NCBI GenBank assembly: GCA_964392455.1
Contig: CAYMPG010000006.1
Location: forward strand, 3,131 to 67,130
Length of the DNA stretch: 64,000 nucleotides
Direction of reading: 5' to 3'
Source: an uncultured Clostridium sp.
Lineage (GTDB): Bacteria > Bacillota > Clostridia > Christensenellales > CAG-138
Shown here: piece after piece, positions 17,774 to 26,879 of the stretch
Numbering within the stretch: position 1 is the stretch's first letter
Layout: the number at the start of each line of letters is the position of its first letter
Translations under genes and position numbers: made by a program
Notes under the pieces: model-generated
Told to the model about the DNA's origin: nothing
The model's input: the letters and a program-made list of their open reading frames with translations, nothing else
Databases searched by the model: none

Positions 17774-18232
17774 ATGAAATGCCGTTATTGCCTCAGCACC
17801 GAAAGCAAGGTGGTGGATTCCCGTCCTACGGATGACGGTACGTCCATACGCAGGCGCAGGGAGTGTATAAACTGCGGTAAGCGCTTTACAACCTACGAAA
17901 AAATAGAAGAAATACCCATAATGGTAGTGAAAAAAGACGGTACACGGGAGGCTTTCAACAGCGAAAAGATTCTTTCCGGGGTACGCAGGGCCTGCGAAAA
18001 ACGGCCTGTTTCTGCTGCGGATATAGATGAGCTGGTGGATGGCGTAGTGCGGGAGGTGTTCAATTCTCTTGAGCAGGAGGTGCGTACCGAGACCATAGGC
18101 GAGCTGGTGATGCAGCGGCTCAAGGAGCTGGACGAGGTGGCATATGTGCGCTTTGCATCGGTATACCGCCAGTTTAAGGATATAAATACATTCATGAATG
18201 AGCTTAAGCTGCTTTTGGGAGAACAATCATAA
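17774..18232 (+). CDS. nrdR: Transcriptional repressor NrdR
   Basis: [42 protein letters not shown] (zinc ribbon) plus an ATP-cone. Confidence 0.95.
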   Translation: MKCRYCLSTESKVVDSRPTDDGTSIRRRRECINCGKRFTTYEKIEEIPIMVVKKDGTREAFNSEKILSGVRRACEKRPVSAADIDELVDGVVREVFNSLEQEVRTETIGELVMQRLKELDEVAYVRFASVYRQFKDINTFMNELKLLLGEQS

Positions 18233-19084
18233 ATGAGCCCTATTTCACAAAAGGAGGCCGCGCTGATAAAGCACGGCTTCATTTACAAAAAAACACCTGC
18301 TGGCACCGGCCTTTACTGCGCTGAGGCGCTGGATGCTGCGGGCGGGGTAAAGCATGGCTTTTCCACAAGGGAGGGCGGGATAACCACAGCGCCCGCCTAT
18401 GCCTCCTTAAATCTTAGCTGGAGCCGCTGCGGTTCAGAGGATGAGGTGGTTAAAAACTTCCGTATTTTCGCTGAAGGCGCAGGGATAAGCTATGATGACA
18501 TGGCCGTAGTGAATCATGAGCATGGCAGCAGGGTGCTCAGGCTGGAGCATGAGCATCGAGGCAGAGGATTTTCCCTGGAGCCGCTGCCATTTTGCGATGG
18601 CATAATCACAAACGATCCATCCGTTACTCTGGTCACCTCCCATGCGGACTGCGGCGCATACTTTTTCTATGACCCTGTGCGCCGGGCAATAGGCATGGCC
18701 CATGCAGGCTGGAAGGGGACTCTCCTTCGCATAGGGGCACGGATGGCAGAGCGCATGGCCGAGGAATACGGCACTGACCCTGCCGATATAATAGCTTCCA
18801 CCGGCCCATGCATATGCGGCGGCTGTTTTGAGGTGGATGAGAGCCTTGGCAGAAGCTTTTCGGATGAATTTTCCCAGGATGGCATTGCCCGCCCCGGAAA
18901 GCCCGGCAAGGCGTATGTGGATCTTGAGCTTGCGGCGGCAGTGCAGTTTGTGGAGGCAGGCATAAGGCCGGAAAATATTACCCTTATGAATGCATGCACC
19001 TATGAAAACAGGGCCATGTTCTTTTCGCACCGCCGCGATAAGGGCATCACAGGCTCCATGGCGGCGTTTATCAAGCTGATATAA
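18233..19084 (+). CDS. pgeF: Peptidoglycan editing factor PgeF (YfiH/YlmD, DUF152)
   Basis: HGFSTREGG...SLNLS...VNHEHGSRV...TSHADCGAYFFYDP....IGMAHAGWKGT...CGGCFEV. Confidence 0.85.
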   Translation: MSPISQKEAALIKHGFIYKKTPAGTGLYCAEALDAAGGVKHGFSTREGGITTAPAYASLNLSWSRCGSEDEVVKNFRIFAEGAGISYDDMAVVNHEHGSRVLRLEHEHRGRGFSLEPLPFCDGIITNDPSVTLVTSHADCGAYFFYDPVRRAIGMAHAGWKGTLLRIGARMAERMAEEYGTDPADIIASTGPCICGGCFEVDESLGRSFSDEFSQDGIARPGKPGKAYVDLELAAAVQFVEAGIRPENITLMNACTYENRAMFFSHRRDKGITGSMAAFIKLI

Positions 19085-19154
19085 CCATAAACTGTAATGT
19101 ATTCATCTCCCCGCTTTTTTGCCACACTAAGGCGAGAAAAGGGGAGATTTTTAT

Positions 19155-19724
19155 ATGCCGCAATACATTGCGCTGATAATATGCGCCTATATACTTATAG
19201 CCTCCGGCGTGCTGACAGAGCCGTGCCGGGCCATGGGGATAACTAGATTTAAGCTGAGCTATGCGCTGTTGTGTACCCTTGCGCTATCCATATTTCAGCT
19301 CAGGATAGGGGTGGAAGCCAGTATTAACCTGGGCGCAGTTGCTCTGGCATTTATACCGGGGCTGATGATGGAAAAGGGAGAGGATGCCGCCGGCATAGGA
19401 GCTGTGATGCTGGTTTCTGCGGTGATAGCCCTGCTTAAATACAGCGGGGAAATGTATGGAGCAGGCAGCGGCCTTCTGTGCGGCCTTATGGCGGGAGCCA
19501 CGGGGCTGGTGCTTGCGGATAGCCCTGCCGCAGCGGCCTTTGCGGCAGGAGGAATACCGCTGGTGACCGCTGTGCTGGAGGCGTTTATATGGCTGACGGT
19601 CTCAGGGTATGCTTCGGTGGAGATAGGGCATGATACCATTGCCGCCCAGATGATAGCCCTTGGCATGAGCTTTGCAATATTGTGGGTGCATGGCATTTGT
19701 ACAAAAAGGGCAGATGCAGGGTAA
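19155..19724 (+). CDS. Polytopic membrane protein of unknown function, upstream of spoIIIA
   Basis: 189 aa with about six hydrophobic helices rich in Ala and Gly. The SD GGGGAG lies inside the preceding hairpin. No family recognised. Confidence 0.55.
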   Translation: MPQYIALIICAYILIASGVLTEPCRAMGITRFKLSYALLCTLALSIFQLRIGVEASINLGAVALAFIPGLMMEKGEDAAGIGAVMLVSAVIALLKYSGEMYGAGSGLLCGLMAGATGLVLADSPAAAAFAAGGIPLVTAVLEAFIWLTVSGYASVEIGHDTIAAQMIALGMSFAILWVHGICTKRADAG

Positions 19725-19745
19725 AATAATATGTGACAGTATTCG

Positions 19746-19770
19746 ACCGCCGGTACATCTGGCGGTTTTG
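19746..19770 (+). terminator. Intrinsic terminator before spoIIIAA
   Basis: ACCGCCGG-TACAT-CTGGCGGT (one G-U pair) followed by TTTTG. Confidence 0.5.
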
Positions 19771-19823
19771 TGTTATATAGGCTTGTGGTGTCATAGGTAT
19801 ATACAGTAACGGAGGGACAAGGC

Positions 19824-20669
19824 ATGGAACGAAGCTGCCTGAGCGTATTGCCGGGGGATATGCGTAGCGCCGTAGAGGCTGCGCTGATGGAGGGGGATGA
19901 GGAGATACGCATAAGGGCGGAACTGCCGGTAATGCTTTGCGGCAGGGCGGTAAGGCGGCTTGAGTACATACCTGCCGCTGCCGAATGTGAAGCCCTGCTG
20001 GAGCTGATCTGCGGACATTCCCTGTATGCCCATTCGGAGGAGCTTAAGGGATGCTACGTTACCCTGGAGGATGGCTCAAGGGTAGGCATGGCGGGGCAGA
20101 TGACCAGGGCAGGCATGACCATGCCCCACAGCTTTAATATACGCATCGCCCATCAGGCCATAGGGGCGGCAGATGGGCTGGTAAGGCATATAGTATCCGG
20201 CGACCGGGTATGCAGCGCCCTGCTGGCATCTGTTCCCGGCGCAGGCAAGACCACCGTGCTGCGGGATGCTGCAAGGCAGCTTTCCCTTATGGGATACCGT
20301 GTGGGCATAGCGGATGAGCGGGGGGAGATAGCTGCCCAGGTGGCAGGCATACCAAAGCTGGATGTGGGCTGTGCAGATGTGATGGGGGGCTGTGCCAAGG
20401 GGCGAGGTATGGAGCTGCTGCTCAGAGGAATGTCCCCTCAGATACTCATTGCAGATGAGATCGCCTCAAATGAGGATGCTGAGGCGGTTCTGGAGGCATC
20501 TGGATGCGGGGTGAAGGTGATAGCCAGCGCCCATGGAAGCGGCAGAGATATGCTCAGGCGCGAGGGAATAAAAAAAGCCCTGGAGCAGGGAGCCTTTGAC
20601 AAGGTGCTGCTGCTTAAAAGCACAGGCGGTATAAGGAGCATAGAGGATATTTCCGGGGAGGTAATATGA
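19824..20669 (+). CDS. spoIIIAA: Stage III sporulation protein AA (ATPase)
   Basis: Walker A VPGAGKTTVLRDAARQLS and Walker B ILIADEI. First gene of an 8-gene cluster with overlapping stops and starts. Confidence 0.9.
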   Translation: MERSCLSVLPGDMRSAVEAALMEGDEEIRIRAELPVMLCGRAVRRLEYIPAAAECEALLELICGHSLYAHSEELKGCYVTLEDGSRVGMAGQMTRAGMTMPHSFNIRIAHQAIGAADGLVRHIVSGDRVCSALLASVPGAGKTTVLRDAARQLSLMGYRVGIADERGEIAAQVAGIPKLDVGCADVMGGCAKGRGMELLLRGMSPQILIADEIASNEDAEAVLEASGCGVKVIASAHGSGRDMLRREGIKKALEQGAFDKVLLLKSTGGIRSIEDISGEVI

Positions 20670-21166
20670 GGATACTGGGAGGCATGGCGGCGCTTGCCAT
20701 ATGCCTGCTGCTTGGGATGAGCCGGGCGGCGGCGCTTAATATAAGGCGGAGGATAATGCGAACTTTTTCCATTGATATGCGCGCGCTGGCAGATGAAATG
20801 GAATACAGACCTCGGGATATTGGGAACATGGCTCAGGGAATGTATGAAGGAGGCCATGGAAAATTCTGGCGGGAATTTGCTGCAAATATTTCAGGGGCGG
20901 CAAGCGGCGGGCAGGCGTGGATTCAAACGGCAAGGGCGCAGGAAGGCTTCAGCCTGCTGAGCACGGGGGAAAGAAACCTCATTGAGGAGGCTGGCAGCCC
21001 GGTGTGCGGGCTGGATATTGAGGGCAGCGTAAGGGCGCTGAGACACCTGAGCGAAAGGGCGGAAGGGCAGGCCGATGAGCTTGACAGGCAAAATAGCAGC
21101 AGGGGCGCCATGTATCAGAAGCTGGGGCTGCTGAGCGGCCTTGCAGTAATGCTGCTGATAATATAG
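20666..21166 (+). CDS. spoIIIAB: Stage III sporulation protein AB
   Basis: Called from its position, about 166 aa, with an N-terminal and a C-terminal TM helix. ATGA overlap with spoIIIAA. TAG stop. Confidence 0.8.
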   Translation: MRILGGMAALAICLLLGMSRAAALNIRRRIMRTFSIDMRALADEMEYRPRDIGNMAQGMYEGGHGKFWREFAANISGAASGGQAWIQTARAQEGFSLLSTGERNLIEEAGSPVCGLDIEGSVRALRHLSERAEGQADELDRQNSSRGAMYQKLGLLSGLAVMLLII

Positions 21167-21176
21167 GAGGGCTGGA

Positions 21177-21374
21177 ATGGATATTGAGCTGGTGCTGCGA
21201 ATAGCAGGTATAGGTATACTGGTGGCGGTGATATGTCAGCTCCTCAAGCAGACCGGCAGGGACGATATAGCCATGCTGGCTGCCCTTGCGGCGCTGGTGC
21301 TGGCCCTCAGCATGGTGGTGGGGGAAATAGGCCAGCTTCTTGAGCAGGTAAAGCGGATATTCGGGCTGTATTGA
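21177..21374 (+). CDS. spoIIIAC: Stage III sporulation protein AC
   Basis: 65 aa, two TM helices. MDIELVLRIAGIGILVAVICQLLKQTGRDD is typical of SpoIIIAC. Confidence 0.9.
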   Translation: MDIELVLRIAGIGILVAVICQLLKQTGRDDIAMLAALAALVLALSMVVGEIGQLLEQVKRIFGLY

Positions 21375-21769
21375 TGGGGATGGAAGTGCTGAAGCTGGCA
21401 GCCGTTGCATTGATAGGCGTATGTGCCGTGCTGGTGCTGAAAAGCTGGCGGCCGGAGCTTGCAATGGCGGTAAGCATAGGGGCGGGCCTGCTCATTATAG
21501 GGTACGGCATGAATACCGTAGGCGGCATAGCAGAGCGGGTAAATTCGCTTATGGCCCAGTATGGCCTGGATACGAATATTGTAAAAACCGCAGGCAAAAT
21601 GATAGGCATAGCCTATATTGCCCAATTCAGCGCAGATACCTGCAGGGATTGCGGGGAAAGCTCCCTTGCAGGCAAGGTGGAGCTTACAGGCAGGCTTATG
21701 ATGGCGGCGGCCGCATTGCCGCTGGTGGTGTCTACCGTGGAGGCAATAGGAGGGCTGATCGAGGGATGA
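21371..21769 (+). CDS. spoIIIAD: Stage III sporulation protein AD
   Basis: 132 aa, four TM helices. LKLAAVALIGVCAVLVLKSWRPELAMAVSIG. Overlaps the AC stop. Confidence 0.9.
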   Translation: MMGMEVLKLAAVALIGVCAVLVLKSWRPELAMAVSIGAGLLIIGYGMNTVGGIAERVNSLMAQYGLDTNIVKTAGKMIGIAYIAQFSADTCRDCGESSLAGKVELTGRLMMAAAALPLVVSTVEAIGGLIEG

Positions 21770-22878
21770 GATGGGTACTGATAGGGCTGGCGGTGCTTTT
21801 GCTGCCGGGAGCTGCCCTTGCTGAGGAAGAGATAAGCATACCCGTAGTGGAATATGACGTAAGCCAATGGGAGCAGCTATGGCAGGAGCTGCCGGGGGAA
21901 ATAAGGGGGCTTGCGGGCGGACTGTCACCCCGGGAGCTGATAGCCAGATACCGGGAGGGAGCCCAGAGCGTACTGGATGGGGCTGCGTTTAAGCAGGTGG
22001 CAGTGGACACCCTCAGGCAGGCCGGGGCGGGGATGGCCGGCCTTATAGGGCTGGCGCTGCTGGCCGGGCTGGGGGATATAGTGACGGGCGGCAGGGAAGG
22101 AGCGGGCGAGATGCTGAGCTTTTGTATTACCGGAATGTGCGTTTCGCTGGTAACGGGTACAGTATACAGCCAGTTTACATGGGCCACGGAGACGGTGGAA
22201 AGGGTGGCGAGGGTAACGGAGGTCACCTCACCTGCCCTGATGACGCTTGTGGCTGCCTGCGGCTCTGCAAAGTCCGCTGCGACCCAGCCCTGGGCCATAT
22301 TCCTCTGCAACAGCATAACAAAGGTATTTAAGGGCATAATGATGCCCCTTATACCCATAATGTGCGGATTTACTGCTGCCGCCTGTATAACGGGGCAGAA
22401 GCAGCTAAAATCCATAGCGAGGCTGATAAAGAGCACGGTAAAGTGGGGCATGGGACTGGCGTTTACGGTATTTCTGGGCTCAATGAGCATACGGGGGCTT
22501 AATGCCTCCGGGCTGGACAGGGCGGGGATAAAGGCTATAAAGTATGCCTTTGATAAATCCGTGCCGGTGGTGGGCGGAATAATATCCGGAACCTATGATG
22601 GGCTGCTTGCCGGGGCTGTGGTGCTGAAAAATGCAGCCGGCACGGTGGCTGTGCTGCTGCTGGTGCTGACTGCTGTATATCCGGCGCTTAGGATGCTGTC
22701 TGCCATAGCGGTGCTGAGGCTTACCGGCACGCTGTGCGGGCTGCTTTCAGATCAGCGCATATCTGGAATACTGGAGGGGGCCGCAGAGGGGTGTACGTAT
22801 ATGTTTGCTGTGTGCGCCACGGTTGCGCTGATGAACCTTATAACCATTGCCGCATCACTGGTGGCATCCGGGGTGTAG
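21766..22878 (+). CDS. spoIIIAE: Stage III sporulation protein AE
   Basis: ATG at 21766 gives an ATGA overlap with AD and a signal-like N-terminus MRWVLIGLAVLLLPGAALAEEE, followed by a polytopic membrane domain. The longer ORF from 21421 is an out-of-frame overlap with AD and is rejected. Confidence 0.85.
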   Translation: MRWVLIGLAVLLLPGAALAEEEISIPVVEYDVSQWEQLWQELPGEIRGLAGGLSPRELIARYREGAQSVLDGAAFKQVAVDTLRQAGAGMAGLIGLALLAGLGDIVTGGREGAGEMLSFCITGMCVSLVTGTVYSQFTWATETVERVARVTEVTSPALMTLVAACGSAKSAATQPWAIFLCNSITKVFKGIMMPLIPIMCGFTAAACITGQKQLKSIARLIKSTVKWGMGLAFTVFLGSMSIRGLNASGLDRAGIKAIKYAFDKSVPVVGGIISGTYDGLLAGAVVLKNAAGTVAVLLLVLTAVYPALRMLSAIAVLRLTGTLCGLLSDQRISGILEGAAEGCTYMFAVCATVALMNLITIAASLVASGV

Positions 22879-22881
22879 GGT

Positions 22882-23055
22882 ATGGAGAGGGTGAGCCGGG
22901 CGGCAATCAGCATAGTTGCGCTTTTTTCCATTGCCTGCATATTGAAGCTGCTGCTCCCCTGCGGCCCAATGAAGCGCAGCGCCGTGAAGGCCGTGGACAT
23001 AGTTGTGCTGTTGTCCCTCATAAGAATAATATCGGGAGTGCTGCCAAATGGCTGA
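22882..23055 (+). CDS. spoIIIAF: Minimal stage III sporulation protein AF (57 aa, membrane segment only)
   Basis: Not in the ORF track because it is under 60 aa. ATG at 22882 lies 3 nt after the AE stop. MERVSRAAISIVALFSIACILKLLLPCGPMKRSAVKAVDIVVLLSLIRIISGVLPNG resembles the N-terminus of B. subtilis SpoIIIAF (..LLPSSSMQKYAKMVVSLLLIVV..). TGA at 23053 overlaps the spoIIIAG start. Confidence 0.55.
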   Translation: MERVSRAAISIVALFSIACILKLLLPCGPMKRSAVKAVDIVVLLSLIRIISGVLPNG

Positions 23056-23608
23056 TGAAAAGTATAAAAAGCTTATTGACACCCTTGTCATGAAGATGAA
23101 GGGAAACAGAAAGCTGGAGCTGGGCATATACGGCGGCCTTGCGCTGCTGTGCCTGCTGCTTTGCGTGCCGGGGAAGCAGACGGAGGCGGTGCCTGTTACG
23201 GAGCAGACTGCTGCGGTGTCCGGGGTGGATGAGCTGGAGCAGCGGCTGATGGATACGCTTAGCTGTGTGCGTGGGGCGGGCAAGGTAAAGGTGATGATAA
23301 CCTATGAGACCGGCTCCGAAATGGTACCGGCGATGAGCACGGATGTTACCTCCAGCGTAACAGGCGCAGGAGAAAGCCAGACAAGAACAGAATCTTCATC
23401 GCCTGTGACCACCTATCAAAATGGGGAAAACGAAGCTATAGTGCTCATGGAAAGGGAACCCACAGTAAGGGGAGTGATAGTGGTGGCACAGGGAGCGGCG
23501 GACATATCTGTGCGGCTTAAGCTGCAGGCTGCGGTGCAGGCAGTATTGGGCGTGGAGGCAGGTAAGGTGGAGGTGCTGGAAATGGGAATAGAAGGAATGG
23601 GGGAATAA
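23048..23608 (+). CDS. spoIIIAG: Stage III sporulation protein AG
   Basis: N-terminal TM helix. C-terminal VRGVIVVAQGAADISVRLKLQAAVQAVLGVEAGKVEVLEM matches the SpoIIIAG ring-domain signature (VRGVLVVAEGA...). Confidence 0.85.
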   Translation: MADEKYKKLIDTLVMKMKGNRKLELGIYGGLALLCLLLCVPGKQTEAVPVTEQTAAVSGVDELEQRLMDTLSCVRGAGKVKVMITYETGSEMVPAMSTDVTSSVTGAGESQTRTESSSPVTTYQNGENEAIVLMEREPTVRGVIVVAQGAADISVRLKLQAAVQAVLGVEAGKVEVLEMGIEGMGE

Positions 23609-23611
23609 AAG

Positions 23612-24118
23612 GTGAAGCTTATCAAAAAGTATTTCGTATTGGCAGTGGTGGCGGTGCTGTTTGTAGGGGCGTTTGTGCTTAACCTTGTTGCAAACGGAGA
23701 GGGAAAGGATATGGATACTGACTACGGCGAAAGCACAGCCACGGCAGAGCCAACCTTTGAGCAGACGTCAGGGGATTATTTTGAAACCTTCCGAAAGGAC
23801 CGTGAGGAGGTCAGGGAGCTGGAGATGGAATACCTTGATGAGGTAATAGCAGCCTCAGCGTCAGATCAGGAGACTCTTGCAGATGCACAGCGGCAAAAGC
23901 TGGCCCTTGTGGAAAATATGGAAAAGGAATTTACCATAGAAAGCATGATAAAGGCCAAGGGCTTTGAGGATGCGGCGGTGACCTTCCATTCGGGCACGGT
24001 AAATGTGGTGGTAAAATGCGATGAGCTCAGCGATGGTCAGGTAGCACAGATACTTGATATCGTGCAGGGGCAAACGGAGGAATCTGCAGAAAACATAAAG
24101 GTAATGGCAGGCCAATGA
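23612..24118 (+). CDS. spoIIIAH: Stage III sporulation protein AH
   Basis: GTG start and N-terminal TM helix. The acidic region is followed by FEDAAVTFHSGTVNVVVKCDELSDGQVAQILDIV (SpoIIIAH/YscJ-like C-terminus). Confidence 0.8.
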   Translation: MKLIKKYFVLAVVAVLFVGAFVLNLVANGEGKDMDTDYGESTATAEPTFEQTSGDYFETFRKDREEVRELEMEYLDEVIAASASDQETLADAQRQKLALVENMEKEFTIESMIKAKGFEDAAVTFHSGTVNVVVKCDELSDGQVAQILDIVQGQTEESAENIKVMAGQ

Positions 24119-24168
24119 TGACTAAAATGCAAACAAATAAGTATGCGCTATGCATAAAAGCTAAAATC

Positions 24169-24177
24169 TGGTATAAT
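24169..24177 (+). promoter_or_regulatory. Candidate extended -10 promoter for asp23 operon
   Basis: TGGTATAAT lies 32 nt upstream of the asp23 ATG. Confidence 0.4.
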
Positions 24178-24208
24178 AACATCAGAAAAGTATAAGGAGG
24201 CATATGTC

Positions 24209-24631
24209 ATGGCAACTGAAGAAAACATTTCCATGGAGACCATCGATATACAGGGCGGCAAAATAACCTTTGCGCCTGATGTTATTGCTACTATTGCCAG
24301 CCTTGCGGCCAATGAGATAGAGGGCGTCGAAGGCATGAGCGGCACCGTTGTTGAAGGGCTGACCGGTATACTCAACAAAAAGAATATCACCAAGGGCGTA
24401 AAGGTCGAAATAAACGACAATACGGCCCATATAGACATCAATGTAATTCTCAGATATGGCTACAAAATCCACGAGGTGGCTGTGGCACTGCAGAGAAACA
24501 TCAAGACAACCATCGAAAACATGACCGGCCTTAATGTGGAGGCTGTAAATGTATTCGTTCAGTCCATAGCCTTTGATAAGCCTGAAAAGGCAGAAGTAAA
24601 GCCCGTTGTAGAAGAAACCGAGGCGGAATAG
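24209..24631 (+). CDS. asp23: Asp23/Gls24 family alkaline shock protein
   Basis: GKITFAPDVIATIASLAANEIEGVEGMSG...V.V........I...V....G..I.EVA..LQ..IK..IE.MTGL.V..VNV.V. Confidence 0.9.
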   Translation: MATEENISMETIDIQGGKITFAPDVIATIASLAANEIEGVEGMSGTVVEGLTGILNKKNITKGVKVEINDNTAHIDINVILRYGYKIHEVAVALQRNIKTTIENMTGLNVEAVNVFVQSIAFDKPEKAEVKPVVEETEAE

Positions 24632-24677
24632 CTTTCCGCCTCCCTTAAAACACATACAAAAGAAAGGCGCTGCATCC

Positions 24678-25232
24678 ATGAAACCAAAGATAATAGACAA
24701 GCTCCTGCTGATATTGCTCATGCTGGTGCTTATTGCGCTGGGATTGGGGCTTATAGCTGTATCGCTGGGCTTTGTGCCCATGGGCATACTTACAGGCATA
24801 GCTTCATTCCCATACCAGAGCTCTGTAAATGGCTGGATAACCGCAGGCGTAGGGCTGGTGATAGTGCTGTGGGCCGTAAGGATGATAATTGGCTTTAACA
24901 GGCGGGCAAGGAGCAATGGCCCTGCCACTGCTGTGATAGCAAGAACCGAATTCGGCACCTCCACCATTACCCTTGCTGCTATCAATGACATGATAAGCAG
25001 GCACTGCGCTGCAAATGAAAACGTACGCAAGCAGGATAGCGACATATCCGTCAAGGATGACAAGCTGATGATAAACCTCAGGCTCAGCCTTGCAGAGGAT
25101 ACAAATATCCCCGAGGTGACCACCGGGCTTCGTGAGAGCCTTACTGCATACCTTGAGGGGCTTACCGGCATAAAGGTAGGGGAAATCAGCATGATGGTAT
25201 CCACGCTGCCCGAGCAGCAGGCTCAGGCGTAA
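24678..25232 (+). CDS. amaP: Alkaline shock response membrane anchor protein AmaP
   Basis: Two N-terminal TM helices followed by an Asp23-like fold. Canonical position after asp23. Confidence 0.7.
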   Translation: MKPKIIDKLLLILLMLVLIALGLGLIAVSLGFVPMGILTGIASFPYQSSVNGWITAGVGLVIVLWAVRMIIGFNRRARSNGPATAVIARTEFGTSTITLAAINDMISRHCAANENVRKQDSDISVKDDKLMINLRLSLAEDTNIPEVTTGLRESLTAYLEGLTGIKVGEISMMVSTLPEQQAQA

Positions 25233-25254
25233 GCTGCATAAGGAGCGTATAACC

Positions 25255-25473
25255 ATGGAAGAACTTAAGGCGTTTCTCAAAGAATATAAGTGGCGTGTTA
25301 TCGGCATAGCAGCAGGCATAGTGCTGGCGATGCTGCTGTTCAGCATTGGCTTCTGGCGCACGCTGCTGCTGTTAGTACTGGTAGCTGTATGCTACATTAT
25401 CGGCCGTCATCTTGATAATGGCGGCAAGGAAGAGCTGGATAAGGCCATAGGCAGGCTGTTCAGCAAAAAGTAA
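25255..25473 (+). CDS. DUF2273 small integral membrane protein
   Basis: 72 aa, two TM helices (WRVIGIAAGIVLAMLLFSIGFWRTLLLLVLVAVCYIIG). Third member of the asp23-amaP-DUF2273 triad. Confidence 0.65.
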   Translation: MEELKAFLKEYKWRVIGIAAGIVLAMLLFSIGFWRTLLLLVLVAVCYIIGRHLDNGGKEELDKAIGRLFSKK

Positions 25474-25489
25474 CTCAAGAGGTATACCG

Positions 25490-25915
25490 ATGAGCAGAAA
25501 GACCGCACGTGAAGTAGCCATGAAGCTTGCATTCGCAAAGATGTTTGATGGAGAATGTGAGCAGACATACCAGGATGTGCTGGACAAGTCCGGCATAAGC
25601 GAAGCCCCCACCGAGGAGGATATTTGCTATACCCAGGAGGTGCTCCGGGGTATAGAGGAGCACGTGGAGGAGATCGACGCCCTCATAGATGAAATAGCCA
25701 TCGGCTGGCGCATAGAGCGCATGCCAAGGGTGGATCTTTCGGTGCTGCGTGTAGCCATATATGAAATGGTATATCGTGAGGATATACCCAGCGGCGTATC
25801 CATAAACGAGGCGGTGGAGCTTGCCAAGCAGTTTGGCGGGGAGCGTTCTTCTGCTTATATAAACGGTATGCTGGGTACGCTTGCAAAGCGGCTGGATGGC
25901 GAGGCTTCAAAATAG
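25490..25915 (+). CDS. nusB: Transcription antitermination factor NusB
   Basis: MSRKTAREVAMKLAF....IDE...W...R....D..VLRVAIYEM.Y..DIP..V.INEAVELAK.FG....S.YINGML. Confidence 0.9.
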   Translation: MSRKTAREVAMKLAFAKMFDGECEQTYQDVLDKSGISEAPTEEDICYTQEVLRGIEEHVEEIDALIDEIAIGWRIERMPRVDLSVLRVAIYEMVYREDIPSGVSINEAVELAKQFGGERSSAYINGMLGTLAKRLDGEASK

Positions 25916-26030
25916 CCAAAGCCGCTTCCTGTGCACACAGAGGTCATTACGGAATGCGGAGCATCGTCTGCTGTCAGGAGGCGATGCTTTGTGTTGAACC
26001 GGGAGAATTATCAAAAAAGGTAATCTGCTG

Positions 26031-26879
26031 ATGGGACAAATCATTGACGGGAAAGCAGTAGCCGCAGAGGCGTGCGCTGCAATACATAAAAGGGTGCAGG
26101 GCCTTGGCGGCAGGGGAGTGATCCCCTGCCTTGCGGTGGTGTTGGTGGGAGATGATCCTGCCTCAAGGGCGTATGTCGGCATGAAGGAAAAAAAGGCCGC
26201 TGCACATGGCATAAATACCCAAAGTTACAGGCTGCCCGAGGATACGCCGGAGCTGGAGCTTACAGAGCTGATACTCAGGCTGAATGATGATCCCCTCGTT
26301 CACGGCATACTGGTGCAGCTTCCTTTGCCGGAGCATATCAGCGAGGCAAGGGTGCTTGCAAATATTTCTCCTGCAAAGGATGTGGATGGGCTGCACCCTG
26401 AAAATGCCGGTATGCTTTTTACGGGCAGGGAAGGTTTTATTCCCTGCACGCCAAAGGGCTGCGTAAGGCTCATAAAAAGCACAGGAGTGGATATACAGGG
26501 CAAGAGCTGCGTGGTGGTAGGCCGAAGCAATATAGTAGGCAAGCCCATGGCACAGCTTATGCTGAGGGAAAATGCCACCGTTACCATATGCCATTCAAAA
26601 ACGAAGTCGCTTGGCGAATATACCCGCAGGGCGGATATACTTATATCTGCCGTGGGCCTGCCCGGGCTCATTAAAGGAGATATGATAAAGCCCGGCGCTG
26701 TGGTGATAGACGTTGGCCAGCGCAAGGTAGATGGCGTATGGCGTGGAGATGTGGATTTTGAAAGGGCACTGGAGGTGGCTTCCCACATAACCCCGGTACC
26801 GGGAGGCGTGGGCCCTATGACCATAGCCATGCTTATGGAGAATACTGTGGAGGCGGCAGAAAAGACACTTGCTCGATAA
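26031..26879 (+). CDS. folD: Bifunctional methylenetetrahydrofolate dehydrogenase / methenyl-THF cyclohydrolase
   Basis: IIDGKAVA......LAVVLVGDDPAS..YV..K.K......HGILVQLPLP.HI......I.P.KDVDG.HP.N.G....VVVGRSNIVGKPMA.L.....ATVT.CHS.T...PVPGGVGPMTIAML. Confidence 0.95.
   Translation: MGQIIDGKAVAAEACAAIHKRVQGLGGRGVIPCLAVVLVGDDPASRAYVGMKEKKAAAHGINTQSYRLPEDTPELELTELILRLNDDPLVHGILVQLPLPEHISEARVLANISPAKDVDGLHPENAGMLFTGREGFIPCTPKGCVRLIKSTGVDIQGKSCVVVGRSNIVGKPMAQLMLRENATVTICHSKTKSLGEYTRRADILISAVGLPGLIKGDMIKPGAVVIDVGQRKVDGVWRGDVDFERALEVASHITPVPGGVGPMTIAMLMENTVEAAEKTLAR

Noticed and set aside
21421-22878. 485-aa ORF as an extended spoIIIAE
   Set aside because: The first 115 codons overlap spoIIIAD in another frame and are Arg/Gly-rich nonsense. 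ATG 21766 gives an ATGA overlap with spoIIIAD and a proper signal-like N-terminus.
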